Shown one piece after another: positions 1-13,079 of a stretch of DNA of 64,000 bases. A program made the position numbers and the translations under genes. Under the pieces are notes generated by a model. That model was not told where the DNA came from. It worked only from the letters and a program-made list of their open reading frames with translations, and did no database searches. The DNA is taken from positions 241,738,001 through 241,802,000 of the forward strand of contig OZ024740.1 in the NCBI GenBank assembly GCA_964016885.1, in the 5' to 3' direction. Origin of the DNA: Eledone cirrhosa. Lineage: Eukaryota. The stretch's first letter is position 1. The number at the start of each line of letters is the position of its first letter.

Positions 1-333
1 ATATTTTTGCACCTCGGTCTCAGCTAGTATAATATTATCAATAATCAGCATCAGTAATTTTACCATCACACACTCGACCCTATCTACTATTTTCACCCCT
101 AAACCTATCTATCGATATATATCTCCAATTATTCACTCTTAAAAAACAGAACGAGGACACTTTTTAATTTCCTTCAGATGTTCTTTCATTATTTTTCCTC
201 TCCTTCTCAACGTTTAATTATTTTAAGCACATCTATCTATTTATCAATATATTCATCTATTCCTATGTCTGATTAATTCTCTCAATTAATCAATCCTTTG
301 CTCCCGTACACTCCAATTCCTAATCTCCAATTC

Positions 334-468
<135 letters not shown>

Positions 469-552
469 AAAGTTCTATTTAAATTGTTGGGATACGACAA
501 GCAAATATTTTTATAACTGATATAAAGCACTCAACAAGTATTTGGAGTAAAC

Positions 553-745
553 ATACGATATTAATAAATGGAAACTATATTTATAAAACCATATTTATTT
601 TATTATACATATTTCAAGGACACCACGTTAAATTATGGTGTGCTTTCATCAGACAAAATATAATATAGATCATGGTGTCCTTGAAATATGTATAATAAAA
701 TAAATATGGTTTTATAAATATAGTTTCCATTTGTTAATATCGTAT
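553..745. repeat. Inverted repeat with ~73-bp arms (553-625 / 673-745)
   Basis: Near-perfect reverse-complement arms; the right arm starts at the 3' strand of HHR stem II. Confidence 0.85.
598..658 (-). ncRNA. Type I hammerhead ribozyme motif inside a fold-back repeat
   Basis: Minus strand reads ttttgt-CTGATGA-aagcacacca(taatttaacg)tggtgtcctt-GAAA-tatgt-ATA-ataaaa: intact core, stems I and II pair, short near-palindromic stem III, AUA cleavage triplet. Confidence 0.75.
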
Positions 746-967
746 ATATATATATATATATATATAAAATATTAAAAAAATAATGAATAAAACAATGAAA
801 CAGTTCCTTATATTAAACAAAAAAAGTTCATTATTTAATGATCGTTTCTAGGATATATATGTGTTAGAATTGGCATGCATATTCAACAGATCTATGTACA
901 AAATTATACAAAATTAAATATATATGCCGTCTTCAGAAATAATGAAATATTTATTGGTAGATTTATC

Positions 968-1478
<511 letters not shown>

Positions 1479-1871
1479 GCATGTATATGCATATATGCAC
1501 GTGCGTTTCTGATCCTCTAGTTTATTACGTCTTACCTTCGTGTCTGTCGTTAATCAATTTCTCTTGGCTAATCGATAAGATTTCTCTATGTGCAAGCTAA
1601 AATTGGACGAAGCTATCGATTTCTAGCATAATTTCAATTGTGTGCGTCTAATCACACCATAGCTTTATGACACTCCTGTGATTTTGTGTAGGAGAAACGT
1701 GACAATAGTGAATGGTAGATTTGCTAAATCTGTATAAGCTTGACATTTATAAACATGTCCATATCGTAACATTTTAGAATTTAATAACATTAATAAATCT
1801 ATGAAATAAAACGCATCTCGAACAACCAATGATAGTCAACTGGGCATTCGTTTACATATATATATATACTA

Positions 1872-1986
<115 letters not shown>

Positions 1987-2016
1987 AGATCAAAAGATGG
2001 TTAAAAGAGTTCCATG

Positions 2017-2087
2017 TATTTTATTATGCGCATTTCAAAAACAAATATCATCATGCAATAACATTTGTGTTTTCATCAGATAAAATA
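2017..2087 (-). ncRNA. Type I hammerhead ribozyme, long stem II family (second copy at 49812-49882)
   Basis: tattttat-CTGATGA-aaacacaaatgttatt(gcat)gatgatatttgttttt-GAAA-tgcgc-ATA-ataaaata; 8-bp stem I, palindromic stem III ATGCGCAT. Confidence 0.8.
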
Positions 2088-2242
2088 GGAAGACATGGTA
2101 TGAAGGTTAAAAAACACTTGCAGATAGTGCAGTTTAAATCAACATATCTTATATATTATGTATACTCCAGTCCTACAAACTGTAGAGTGCTTCTTGTCCG
2201 ATATCTGCATTGCTTTATTGTACTACAATAAAACTCACCTCC

Positions 2243-2278
<36 letters not shown>

Positions 2279-2438
2279 TTGGTGCTCTGAAATAGCGGTG
2301 TATACATGAATGTATGTATAGTATATTTGGCATTATACCGCCGTATGTTTAATTAAAAACATTTTGAATACCATAAGCTATCGGTTTTAAAGTAGTGACT
2401 ATGTCACTTACTTCTTTTCGGCGAAAGAAGGGAGAGAA

Positions 2439-2477
2439 GCTCACAGTCTGTTTCACGCTGTTGGCGATCATCAGAGC
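2439..2477 (-). ncRNA. Minimal hammerhead motif with non-canonical GUG triplet, probably inactive
   Basis: gct-CTGATGA-tcgc(caaca)gcgt-GAAA-cagact-GTG-agc. Confidence 0.6.
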
Positions 2478-2547
2478 CACGCACTCCCTGCGTTCACCGA
2501 AAATTATAGCAGCTGGATTCTTATAGAATTCCAGTAATAATCAGGAG

Positions 2548-2616
<69 letters not shown>

Positions 2617-2723
2617 TTTCTGAATTTGTTTAGCAAGATTCTTTATCTGAAATCGTGTGTTGAAATCGTGTGTTGAAACCGATATTGTTATACTTTATTG
2701 GCAACATGACCCTCCCAAAGTAT

Positions 2724-2814
<91 letters not shown>

Positions 2815-2921
2815 TACCTTACATTATACTAGCAGAGTAGCCTGTTGTCGCCGGGCAATTTTCACCATAGAATGTCTTTCTTTCAATATCTTTTTTATTC
2901 CATGTCCGACAATGTCTCCCA

Positions 2922-3180
2922 TTATTTATTCCCCGAGGCACTTCTCCGTGAATCACCAATCGTCCCAAAGGTGGTTTCTATAAACATTTTCTCAGGGGAG
3001 TTGTATGTTGAAAGGGTGTCAGTGGCTTGTTGAGAGTCTTCACATAAAGTTCGGGTGACCTTGGTGAGGACAACTCTCTGCCTTATAGTGAAAATGATGC
3101 CTCCTGCTGACGGCAGGGATGGACGGAATAATAAGGTCACGTTGAAGGACTGAATGAGACGATCAATAAAAGCTAGACTA
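2922..3180 (-). pseudogene. Possible degraded Penelope-like RT thumb fragment
   Basis: GIIFTIRQR...LSTYNSPEKMFIETT loosely resembles the PLE GIIxTLxxR...LxxNGYPxxFI pattern; weak match. Confidence 0.3.
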
Positions 3181-3303
3181 CTTAATTGTGACAGTAACAA
3201 TGATTGATAGTATTAATATTTTCTATTTTTTTCTTTTCTTTTCTTTTCTTGGGACGCAGACTTTGAAAATCAAATGTGACATACACATATACACTCAGAA
3301 GTG

Positions 3304-3405
<102 letters not shown>

Positions 3406-3440
3406 AAAGAATAGAGGTGTAACACACAAGTTATTATATA

Positions 3441-3739
3441 TTGGTAAACGGAATAGAAAATGCTGACAAATTGTTCACAGTTGAAAAATGGTTTAATTAG
3501 GAATAAAAGAGTATTAGTGATTGTATGGGTTAGTATTCAGTTGTGGTTTTAAGTTGTGGTTTTACCTGTTCTATCTCAAAATTATTTTTGAAAAGCATTT
3601 AGAAATGCGCAACCGGTAAAAACTTGAAAACTTAAAACCACAACTGAATACTAACCCATACAATCACTAATACTCTTTTATTCCTAATTAAACCATTTTT
3701 CAACTGTGAACAATTTGTCAGCATTTTCTATTCCGTTTA

Positions 3740-3743
<4 letters not shown>
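3441..3743. repeat. Inverted repeat with ~115-bp arms flanked by (TA)n; spacer contains a decayed HHR-like motif
   Basis: 3441-3555 is the reverse complement of about 3629-3743; spacer reads TTGAAAA-gcattt(ag)aaatgc-GCAAC-cg-GTA. Confidence 0.85.
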
Positions 3744-3802
<59 letters not shown>

Positions 3803-3902
3803 TGTATCTTGAGAACCTTAGCGTGGTCAAATCACATCCGTTCTTTCAAAGCTGTAGGCCTTAGGTTAGGAAAAAGAGGGACTAATTAAACAGTGCAATC
3901 CT

Positions 3903-3964
<62 letters not shown>

Positions 3965-6011
3965 CATGGGTTGGTTACAGCTAGAAGAACTCTAATCATA
4001 AGACTGTTCGATCTGTGAAGTGCGTGTGTATGTGGAGGGGGGAGGGGAATAAAAACTGCAACAACGCCTACATATATCGATATATACATATGTGTTCCAA
4101 CGAGCCAACGAGATAGCTTCTACCAGCTAGAAATGATAACAACAATTTGTATCAGATCACAGCCCTAAGGCACATTTGATAGTTTAGCTCTAGATACGCA
4201 AAAAAGATGGGTTGACTATAACTGGAACACATTTGACCATAGATCGACTTGATCACGGGTTAATGTATGTCTAAACAATAACAAGGACAACAATTATGTC
4301 TAACAATCAAGAAATACGCAACCAATTGCATCTACTAAGCAAACAACCATTGACGTCACTTTAACCACTATGCGGTCTCTTCCAACTTTTGGCCTTCTGC
4401 TATTGCTCTTTTTATTACTCTAAAAAAAAACCCTACAAATTTATAGATATAGGCACAGTTATGGCCGCGTAATTAAGGATATCGCTTTACAAATATATGG
4501 TTTCTGGTTCATTTGCTATGTTCCTTGAGCTAGAGTCTTCTATGGACCTATATCTTGTAAGTGTCATTTGCTAGATAGAAACTGCAGACTCCGTCCTGCG
4601 TGTGTTTGCATTCATACCTGTGTCTGTGCTCCGTAACCTAGTGACAAGAAGAAAGATAACATAATTAGAAAACTTGAAAAGGTAAGTGCTAGAGCCGATA
4701 TGATTGACTAAATCCCTTTAAGGCGGTGTTCCAGCATGGCCACATTTTAATGACTGAAAACAGTAAAAGGATAAAAAGAACCAAAGAGCACATGATCAGA
4801 TACATAACTGAATAATTAAATGCTTACATACATAAAACGCCCCGAATGCTTAAAATGAAAAGGGCTGGGATGTAGGGTTGTTTAAAAATCAGACTGAAGC
4901 ACGTTCTAGTGTATGCTGAAGAACAAATGGGGAAATAGCAAGTGATTGGTGTAAACTTTCCCCTATCAATCAGCCTTGACAATCATCATTAACAACAAGG
5001 GTTCTCTAAATACATAGTCCCAACTCAATCCTGATTGAGTAAACCTATGATGAAGGGCATTCCAGTTTCCATCGTTCTGTCTTAAAGTATAACCACCAAA
5101 TATATTATCTAATGCTTTATTTTATGTGAGAGTATGGTGGTATTTCAGAAAGCTTTGGCTGCTATATCTAGCAGGTTCGGTGAGCACATAGTGGTTCTCT
5201 TGTCGAATCTTCTTCTTGAATCATCTCTCAATCAAAGGTGAAGCATTCATTTTACTTTTTATAATGTAATACTTAGAGATGTCTCCGCTAACTGGAGCAG
5301 TTGTGCCAACCCGTTGTCGAATTAATAGTCGATCATCTTCCAAACCACTGATGTTCACGACTCCGAGGTCATCTAATTGAGCTGGTGTTCGACGCATGAG
5401 TTACTGCTTAGTATTAGACAAGCAGGATTTTTATTGAGGCTTACTCTTCTTGATCTAACCTGTTCTACTAGACTATCCTATACTAGACATATCCGAGGCA
5501 CATCGTGTAAGATGTAGCTGTTCACCATACACATCGGTCTTCAAACTGAGAGGGTGTACACACCATTGGATTGCCGTCGCCTCACATGATTTTCCGCGCC
5601 TTTTGTCAGGTTTTGTTTTTTATCCTGCAGGGTGTCCAGAATCCCTCTCCTCACCAAGCAAATTTGGTGGGGTTGCTGGTTTAGTCACCGATGACCCGAC
5701 CATGTGACAGGTTGTATTGGGGTACATGTTACCAGTAGCACTAAAGAATGTCCTTGATCCATCAATAAGGGGCTTTGAGAGATAAACGAGATTTCTCTAT
5801 TGAATATTCTATATTTCGAAAATGCTGTTATGTTCAACTTGAATGTAGGCAAAGTTTCGCCATTGGACGAATGGTTTCACAGGTTAGTCATTTATTGGAA
5901 TATCAAAGGATAGACGAGAAGAAATGCCCCCAAAAAACATTGCTTTCACTGGAGGAAAGCATCATGAAGTTATCAGGCACCGGAGCCATAAAAACGAAGC
6001 AAGCTAAAGAG

Positions 6012-6716
6012 ATATATATATAAAGGAAGTTTGCTTTTTGTTTGTTTGTTAACCGGCAGTTATACAAAATTCTGAATATATTGGTAATATTTAAAGTATT
6101 GTCTGAAACCGCTCTCTCTCTCTAGATCTATCTCACCGTGTCTTTCGTTTTCAATCTTTCGATAATTTTTACATTTTTTCCAATAAAATCAGTAGTAGTT
6201 GAACTGAGCTTACATTTTTAAAGATTAATTACATAATTTGCCAATTATTGTTATATACACATATTGATTTATACATGTGTATACACACATACATATTCAT
6301 ACATATATGTATACATACACATATCTATACATGTGCATATACATATATATATTTATACATGTATGTATAAATTCATATATTTAAAATCGTAAATTCTCAG
6401 GGATATTCAGCATGTGTACGCTTGAATATAATTGTCAGGGATAATTCAGCATGTGTACGCTTGAATATAATTGTCAGGGAGATTCAGCATGTGTACGCTT
6501 GAATATAATTGTCAGGGATATTCAGCATGTGTACGCTTGAATATAATTGTCAGGGAGATTCAGCATGTGTACGCTTAAACGCAATTCTCAAGTAGATTCA
6601 GCAAGACATCGTGCTTGACATGACTGAATGTTTCACACAAGACATGACTAAAAGAGACATGAATTAACACTAGCACATCGACACACAATCCGGAGCAATG
6701 CCGGGTACCTCTGCTA

Positions 6717-6717
<1 letters not shown>
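6012..6717 (+). mobile_element. Probable non-autonomous Helitron with internal minisatellite
   Basis: 3' end ccgg(agcaatg)ccgg hairpin, about 10 nt, then CTAG followed by T; 5' TC not clearly preserved. Similar 3' ends at 2830-2857 (-) and 58727-58751 (+). Confidence 0.55.
6398..6576. repeat. 38-bp minisatellite, about 4.7 copies
   Basis: cagggatattcagcatgtgtacgcttgaatataattgt repeated in tandem. Confidence 0.9.
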
Positions 6718-6793
<76 letters not shown>

Positions 6794-6814
6794 GGAACAC
6801 TTGTGACTGTTTAT

Positions 6815-6853
6815 GCCCTTGAGAAGCCCAACTGGGCGAAACGTACGTAGGTG
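6815..6853 (+). ncRNA. Minimal hammerhead, U3-A8 core variant
   Basis: TTGAGAA-gccc(aact)gggc-GAAA-cgtac-GTA; palindromic stem III ACGTACGT; stem I weak; followed by AATAAA. Confidence 0.55.
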
Positions 6854-7067
6854 ATATTTTCAATAAACATGTTTTAACGGTCTATTCTCCGATTTTTCAC
6901 TTTCCCACGTGCTTACGCTCTGCTAACTCTCAAGCCCACTAAATATTAACACTTCGAATATTTAATACTGCCGGCACTAGTATCGAGCACCTTTGGCATA
7001 CGCTACTTGGCAAATAACTATATGTATCAGCTATCCCTCCTTTTTTCTCTCTTTCTCGATACGTAAA

Positions 7068-7125
<58 letters not shown>

Positions 7126-7134
7126 GTATATATG

Positions 7135-7335
<201 letters not shown>

Positions 7336-7336
7336 G

Positions 7337-7455
<119 letters not shown>

Positions 7456-7468
7456 GTATATATATATG

Positions 7469-7546
<78 letters not shown>

Positions 7547-7548
7547 TG

Positions 7549-7637
<89 letters not shown>

Positions 7638-7976
7638 GTATGTATATATAGGTTGAAAAAAATGAAAACGAAATTTCATTTCTCACTCTTAGTATGGCAC
7701 TTACTTAAATGTAAGTATGTATGTATACGTACATACATATATGTATACAGACGTACAGTAGCATGCATATATATACATATATATATATATACATATATAT
7801 ACATATATATACATATATACATACAGGTACACATACATATATGCACGCATCAGTTTAGCGGACGTTTATTACAACGCCGCTTTGTTCGTTTGTTTGTCAA
7901 CAAACCGAACAGCCTGAATTTATGCCATACGGTGTTAAGGCAACCACGTCACCTTTTTGTTCAACACTGACACAGG

Positions 7977-8021
7977 AACGATGTACTAGTTTCAAGCTTG
8001 TTAGCTATCATCAGCACCGTT
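7977..8021 (-). ncRNA. Type I minimal hammerhead ribozyme, array unit 1
   Basis: aacggtg-CTGATGA-tagct(aaca)agctt-GAAA-cta-GTA-catcgtt; 7-bp stem I, palindromic stem III ACTAGT, GUA triplet. Confidence 0.85.
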
Positions 8022-8465
8022 TACCCATCTGCCAGATAGTTGAACGTTCGAAAGTATATACTTTCCTTATGAAAATTAACGGCTGAGCAGCCTAATTTGC
8101 ATATTGAGTGAGTTAAATCGGTCAGGCATACCGAAAACGATAAGTTGAAAAAAATGAAAACGAAATTTCATTTCTCACTCTTAGTATGGCACTTACTTAA
8201 ATGTAAGTATGTATGTATACGTACATACATATATGTATACAGACGTACAGTAGCATGCATATATATACATATATATATACATATATATACATATATATAC
8301 ATATATACATACAGGTACACATACATATATGCACGCATCAGTTTAGCGGACGTTTATTACAACGCCGCTTTGTTCGTTTGTTTGTCAACAAACCGAACAG
8401 CCTGAATTTATGCCATACGGTGTTAAGGCAACCACGTCACCTTTTTGTTCAACACTGACACAGGA

Positions 8466-8508
8466 ACGATGTACTAGTTTCAAGCTTGTTAGCTATCATC
8501 AGCACCGT
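8466..8508 (-). ncRNA. Type I minimal hammerhead ribozyme, array unit 2
   Basis: Same motif as 7977-8021. Confidence 0.85.
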
Positions 8509-8956
8509 ATACCCATCTGCCAGATAGTTGAACGTTCGAAAGTATATACTTTCCTTATGAAAATTAACGGCTGAGCAGCCTAATTTGCATATTGAGTGAG
8601 TTAAATCGGTCAGGCATACCGAAAACGATAAGTTGAAAAAAATGAAAACGAAATTTCATTTCTCACTCTTAGTATGGCACTTACTTAAATGTAAGTATGT
8701 ATGTATACGTACATACATATATGTATACAGACGTACAGTAGCATGCATATATATACATATATATATATATACATATATATACATATATATACATATATAC
8801 ATACAGGTACACATACATATATGCACGCATCAGTTTAGCGGACGTTTATTACAACGCCGCTTTGTTCGTTTGTTTGTCAACAAACCGAATAGCCTGAATT
8901 TATGCCATACGGTGTTAAGGCAACCACGTCACCTTTTTGTTCAACACTGACACAGG

Positions 8957-9001
8957 AACGATGTACTAGTTTCAAGCTTGTTAGCTATCATCAGCACCGT
9001 T
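8957..9001 (-). ncRNA. Type I minimal hammerhead ribozyme, array unit 3
   Basis: Same motif as 7977-8021. Confidence 0.85.
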
Positions 9002-9768
9002 TACCCATCTGCCAGATAGTTGAACGTTCGAAAGTATATACTTTCCTTATGAAAATTAACGGCTGAGCAGCCTAATTTGCATATTGAGTGAGTTAAATCG
9101 GTCAGGCATACCAAAAACGATAAGTTGAAAAAAATGAAAACGAAATTTCATTTCTCACTCTTAGTATGGCACTTACTTAAATGTAAGTATGTATGTATAC
9201 GTACATACATATATGTATACAGACGTACAGTAGCATGCATATATATACATATATATATACATATATATACATATATATACATATATACATACAGGTACAC
9301 ATACATATATGCACGCATCAGTTTAGCTGGTGATGGTTGTGTTGTTGTTTCTGGTTGTGGTGGTGGTGTAGTAGTGATAATGATAGGGTGTTGTTGTTGT
9401 TGGCAGTTGTGGCGGTAATGGTTGGGTTTGTGATATTGGTATTGTTTTTTGGTGTTGGTGGTTATGGTGGTGGTGGTCGTGGTGATGGTCGTGGTGGTGG
9501 TGGCAGTGGTGGTGGCAGTGATAATGATAGGGTGTTGTTGTTGTTGTTGTTGTTGGCAGTGGTAGCGGTAATGGTAGGGTTAGTCACATTGGTATTGTTG
9601 TTATTGGTGGTTATGTGTTGTGTTTGTGTTACTTCATTAATTATGAATGTGTACACATCCTACTGAAGATGAGAGCTTCTTTAGACTTGTGTACGCAGCA
9701 GTAAGCCTTTTCTTCTCACCCGTTCCATTTCTCTTTTTTACGCCCCCTCAGGTTTTCTCTCTCACATC

Positions 9769-9829
<61 letters not shown>

Positions 9830-10236
9830 GTATATATGTGTGTGTATCTATATATATATACAGCACTAATTAGATAGAATGTTAATATTTATATTGCAAC
9901 AAAAGGCCTTTTAGTTGTAAAGATAAATTAGTTTTATGAAGAGTTACTATGGAAACAGAAATTTGCTATGAGGTTTAATGTATTACTCTCGGACTAAGAA
10001 GGGTTCAGGAAACACAGATACGAGAGACCTGGTTGGAATCATTGACTAGGAACAACTGGACGTAGTGAAATGGACTGACTACGAAAGGTGGGGGTGGAAA
10101 CATTGCCAGGCTGAATACGTACATAAATAAACGTAAAGATTATATTCAAGAAGGACACAAAAATAATACTGTTATTGTCGTTGTTCTTGCTATTCGTAAT
10201 GATGGTGTGAGGGGGTTCTATAAAGCTGTGTATATG

Positions 10237-10327
<91 letters not shown>

Positions 10328-10329
<2 letters not shown>

Positions 10330-10467
10330 GAACGAGTAGGACCCCGACGGCTGAGCTCAAGCCGTTTCGACGGCTAATTCTGGACATTTACTACCCACTC
10401 TACTACCCTAAGTATTGAGTACTTTCGTGCGTTAGGGTCCACCTGGTTCCTTACCACATTTCTTCCG

Positions 10468-10470
<3 letters not shown>
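10328..10470. repeat. Short dispersed fold-back family with a half-hammerhead (other copies at 15568-15625, 45957-46150, 51268-51455)
   Basis: Shared gaattagccgtcGAAACggcttgagctcagccGTCggggtc and acccactctactaccctaagtattgagtact blocks; always between (TA)n tracts. Confidence 0.85.
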
Positions 10471-10530
<60 letters not shown>

Positions 10531-10815
10531 CGCACATATATATACACACAGATATATGTATACATGTATATATATATATATATATATACATAAATGTAAG
10601 TATGTATGTATGTATGCGTACATACATATATGTATACAGACATACAGTAGTATGTATATATATACATACATGCACACATATATTTATATGCACGTATCGG
10701 TTTACCGAACATTTATTATAATGATCGGTTTGTTTGTTAACAAACAAACAGCCCGAATTACGCCGTACAGTGTTTAGGAAACTACGTCACCTTTTTGTTC
10801 AACACTGACATAGTA

Positions 10816-10858
10816 ACGATGTACTAGTTTCAAGCTTATTAGCTATCGTCAGCATCGT
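10816..10858 (-). ncRNA. Type I minimal hammerhead ribozyme
   Basis: acgatg-CTGACGA-tagct(aata)agctt-GAAA-cta-GTA-catcgt. Confidence 0.85.
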
Positions 10859-11427
10859 ATACCTTCCTGCCAGATGGTTGAACGTCTGAAAGTATATACT
10901 TTCCTTATGCATATTAACGGCTGAGCAGCCTAATTTGCATATCGAGTTTGTTCAGTCGGCCGGGCGCACCGAAAACGATATATGGAATAGAATGAAACGA
11001 AATTTCATTTCTCACTCTTAGTACGGCACTTACTTAAATGTAAGTATGTATGTATACGTTCATACATATATGTATACAGACGTACAGTAGTATGTGTATA
11101 TATACATACATGCACACATATATATATGCATGTATCGGTTTACCGAACATTGATTATAATGCTCGGTTTGTTTGTTTGTAAACATATATGTATACAGACT
11201 GTACGTCTGTATATATATATGTATGTACGTATACATACATACTTACATTTAAGTAAGTGCCGTACTAAGAGTGAGAAATGTAATTTCGTTTCATTCTATT
11301 CCATTTATCGTTTTCGGTGTGCCCGGCCGACTGAACTCACTCGATATGCAAATTAGGCTGCTCAGCCGTTAATATGCATAAGGAAAGTATATACTTTCAG
11401 ACGTTCAACCATCTGGCAGGAAGGTAT

Positions 11428-11470
11428 ACGATGCTGACGATAGCTAATAAGCTTGAAACTAGTACATCGT
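11428..11470 (+). ncRNA. Type I minimal hammerhead ribozyme
   Basis: acgatgCTGACGAtagctaataagcttGAAActaGTAcatcgt read directly on the plus strand. Confidence 0.85.
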
Positions 11471-13079
11471 TCCTGTGTCAGTGTTGAACAAAAAGGTGAC
11501 GTGGTTGCCTAAACACTGTACCGCGTAATTCGAGCTGTTTGTTTGTTTACAAACAAACGAACCGAGCATTATAAAGAATGTTCGGTAAACCGATACGTGC
11601 ATATAAATATATGTGTGTATGTATATATATACATACTACTGTACGTCTGTATACATATATGTATGAACGTATACATACATACATACTTACATTTAACTAA
11701 GTGCCTTACTAAGAGTGAGAAATGAAATTTCGTTTCATTCTATTCCATTTATATATATATATATACATATATAATCATACACACATATATATACACACAG
11801 ATATATGTATACATTCACATATATATACATATATATATATATACAAATACATATATATATGTATAGCCATACACACATATATACTATAGGATTTCTTTGT
11901 GTGTATATATACATATATGCATGTGTGTCTGCATCTCTGTATATAGGCATATATGCAGAGACTGTAAATGTGTTTGTGTAAATACGTTTTTATTTGTTCT
12001 CAGCCTCCCATTAAGATTTACGTAATAGAATACTTAAATAAAGAAAAGTTTCATTAATGTTATATAGATGAATCAGACTAATTATACACTCATTCAATCA
12101 CTCTTACATATATATTTGTACATTCTTACATACTAAAATGTCTTTCTAATTGCAATTCAATACTGCTTCATAAAATTAGATCTGGATATTGTATACATTA
12201 TCAAGGCTATACAGCATGAATTGCAACGTTGTTGGAACAATAGAGGGGACAATTTGAGAACCGTTCGACTTTATGTTACTACACTTAAAATGTGCTCTGT
12301 TCGTGACCATTCCGGATATTTGTTTGCCAAAATTTATACTGTGAAATGAACGAACATGGCATAAACAATCTCAGAAAAACGACAATTAGCAATTTTAAAG
12401 ATTTTGATTTCAAAATGACGGCAGATACAAATCTAAAGATAGAAAAGTTTACATATTCAACACTAAAGATAAACATAAGCAAACACCGCCCCTACCGGAA
12501 ACCCAACGATGAAACAATACATGAGAATAGGTTCTCTGGCCATCGACCCACGATCATCTAGTACATTACAAATTAAATTAATTAACGTATAATTGATATA
12601 TTTACCGATGCTGCTCCACTCTACAATAGAGTTCTAGTTATAAGTGGCTTCAGCTCTAGCTTAAATATATAGAACAACCCAGCACCAAATGTAGAAAAAG
12701 AAAAATGATCTAGTTTAAACCTCTCTATATTTGAACTTTTAACATCCTATAATAATTTAGCAGAAAATATCGTAAATTTATATGTTCATAAATGTATATG
12801 TTCATAAATTTATACGTTCATAATCATTTTACTAGTTACTAGTTACACATTCGTAAATTCATATGTTCATAATCATTTTACTAGTTGAGTGGTTGAAAAA
12901 AATTGCCGTAAACTAAGACTTTAATTTTTTATATGATGCGGTCAAAGTCCTATTTTGTGTTTATCAAGAATATTTTGGTTGCATTTGGTATATGTCACTA
13001 AAGGCTCGGGCTTTCCTTACGCTAGTCAGTAACATTTTCCTGCTTCCAATGGAAATAACGAAATCTTCAAGAAAAATTA

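Larger units (their letters stand above)
7653..9326 (-). mobile_element. Tandem array of about 3.4 units of a ~490-bp HHR-containing repeat (retrozyme-like or Penelope pLTR-derived)
   Basis: Unit starts at 7653, 8145, 8633 and 9125 (periods 492, 488, 492), nearly identical; one HHR per full unit; abuts a long (TA)n tract. Confidence 0.85.
10590..11750. mobile_element. Inverted pair of the ~490-bp HHR repeat (second subfamily)
   Basis: About 10590-11090 is the reverse complement of about 11195-11700; homologous to the 7653-9326 array. Confidence 0.85.

Noticed and set aside
2985-3025. FSGELYVERVS resembling the Helitron helicase FSHGQLYVALSR motif
   Set aside because: Opposite strand to the adjacent Helitron-like end, and no other helicase motifs.
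6398-6576. CRISPR-like periodic repeat
   Set aside because: Head-to-tail 38-bp units with no unique spacers and no cas genes; a eukaryotic minisatellite.
8145-9418. Repeated [18 protein letters not shown] ORFs
   Set aside because: TTG starts, frames shift with internal microsatellite length, and they are antisense to the ribozyme; the unit looks non-coding.
9328-9666. Gly-rich and hydrophobic ORFs
   Set aside because: (GGT/TGT)n low-complexity tract with an internal duplication; no splice or domain support.
12285-12561. Short ORFs downstream of the VWA stop codon
   Set aside because: No recognisable domain or convincing splice sites; more likely 3' UTR or intergenic.
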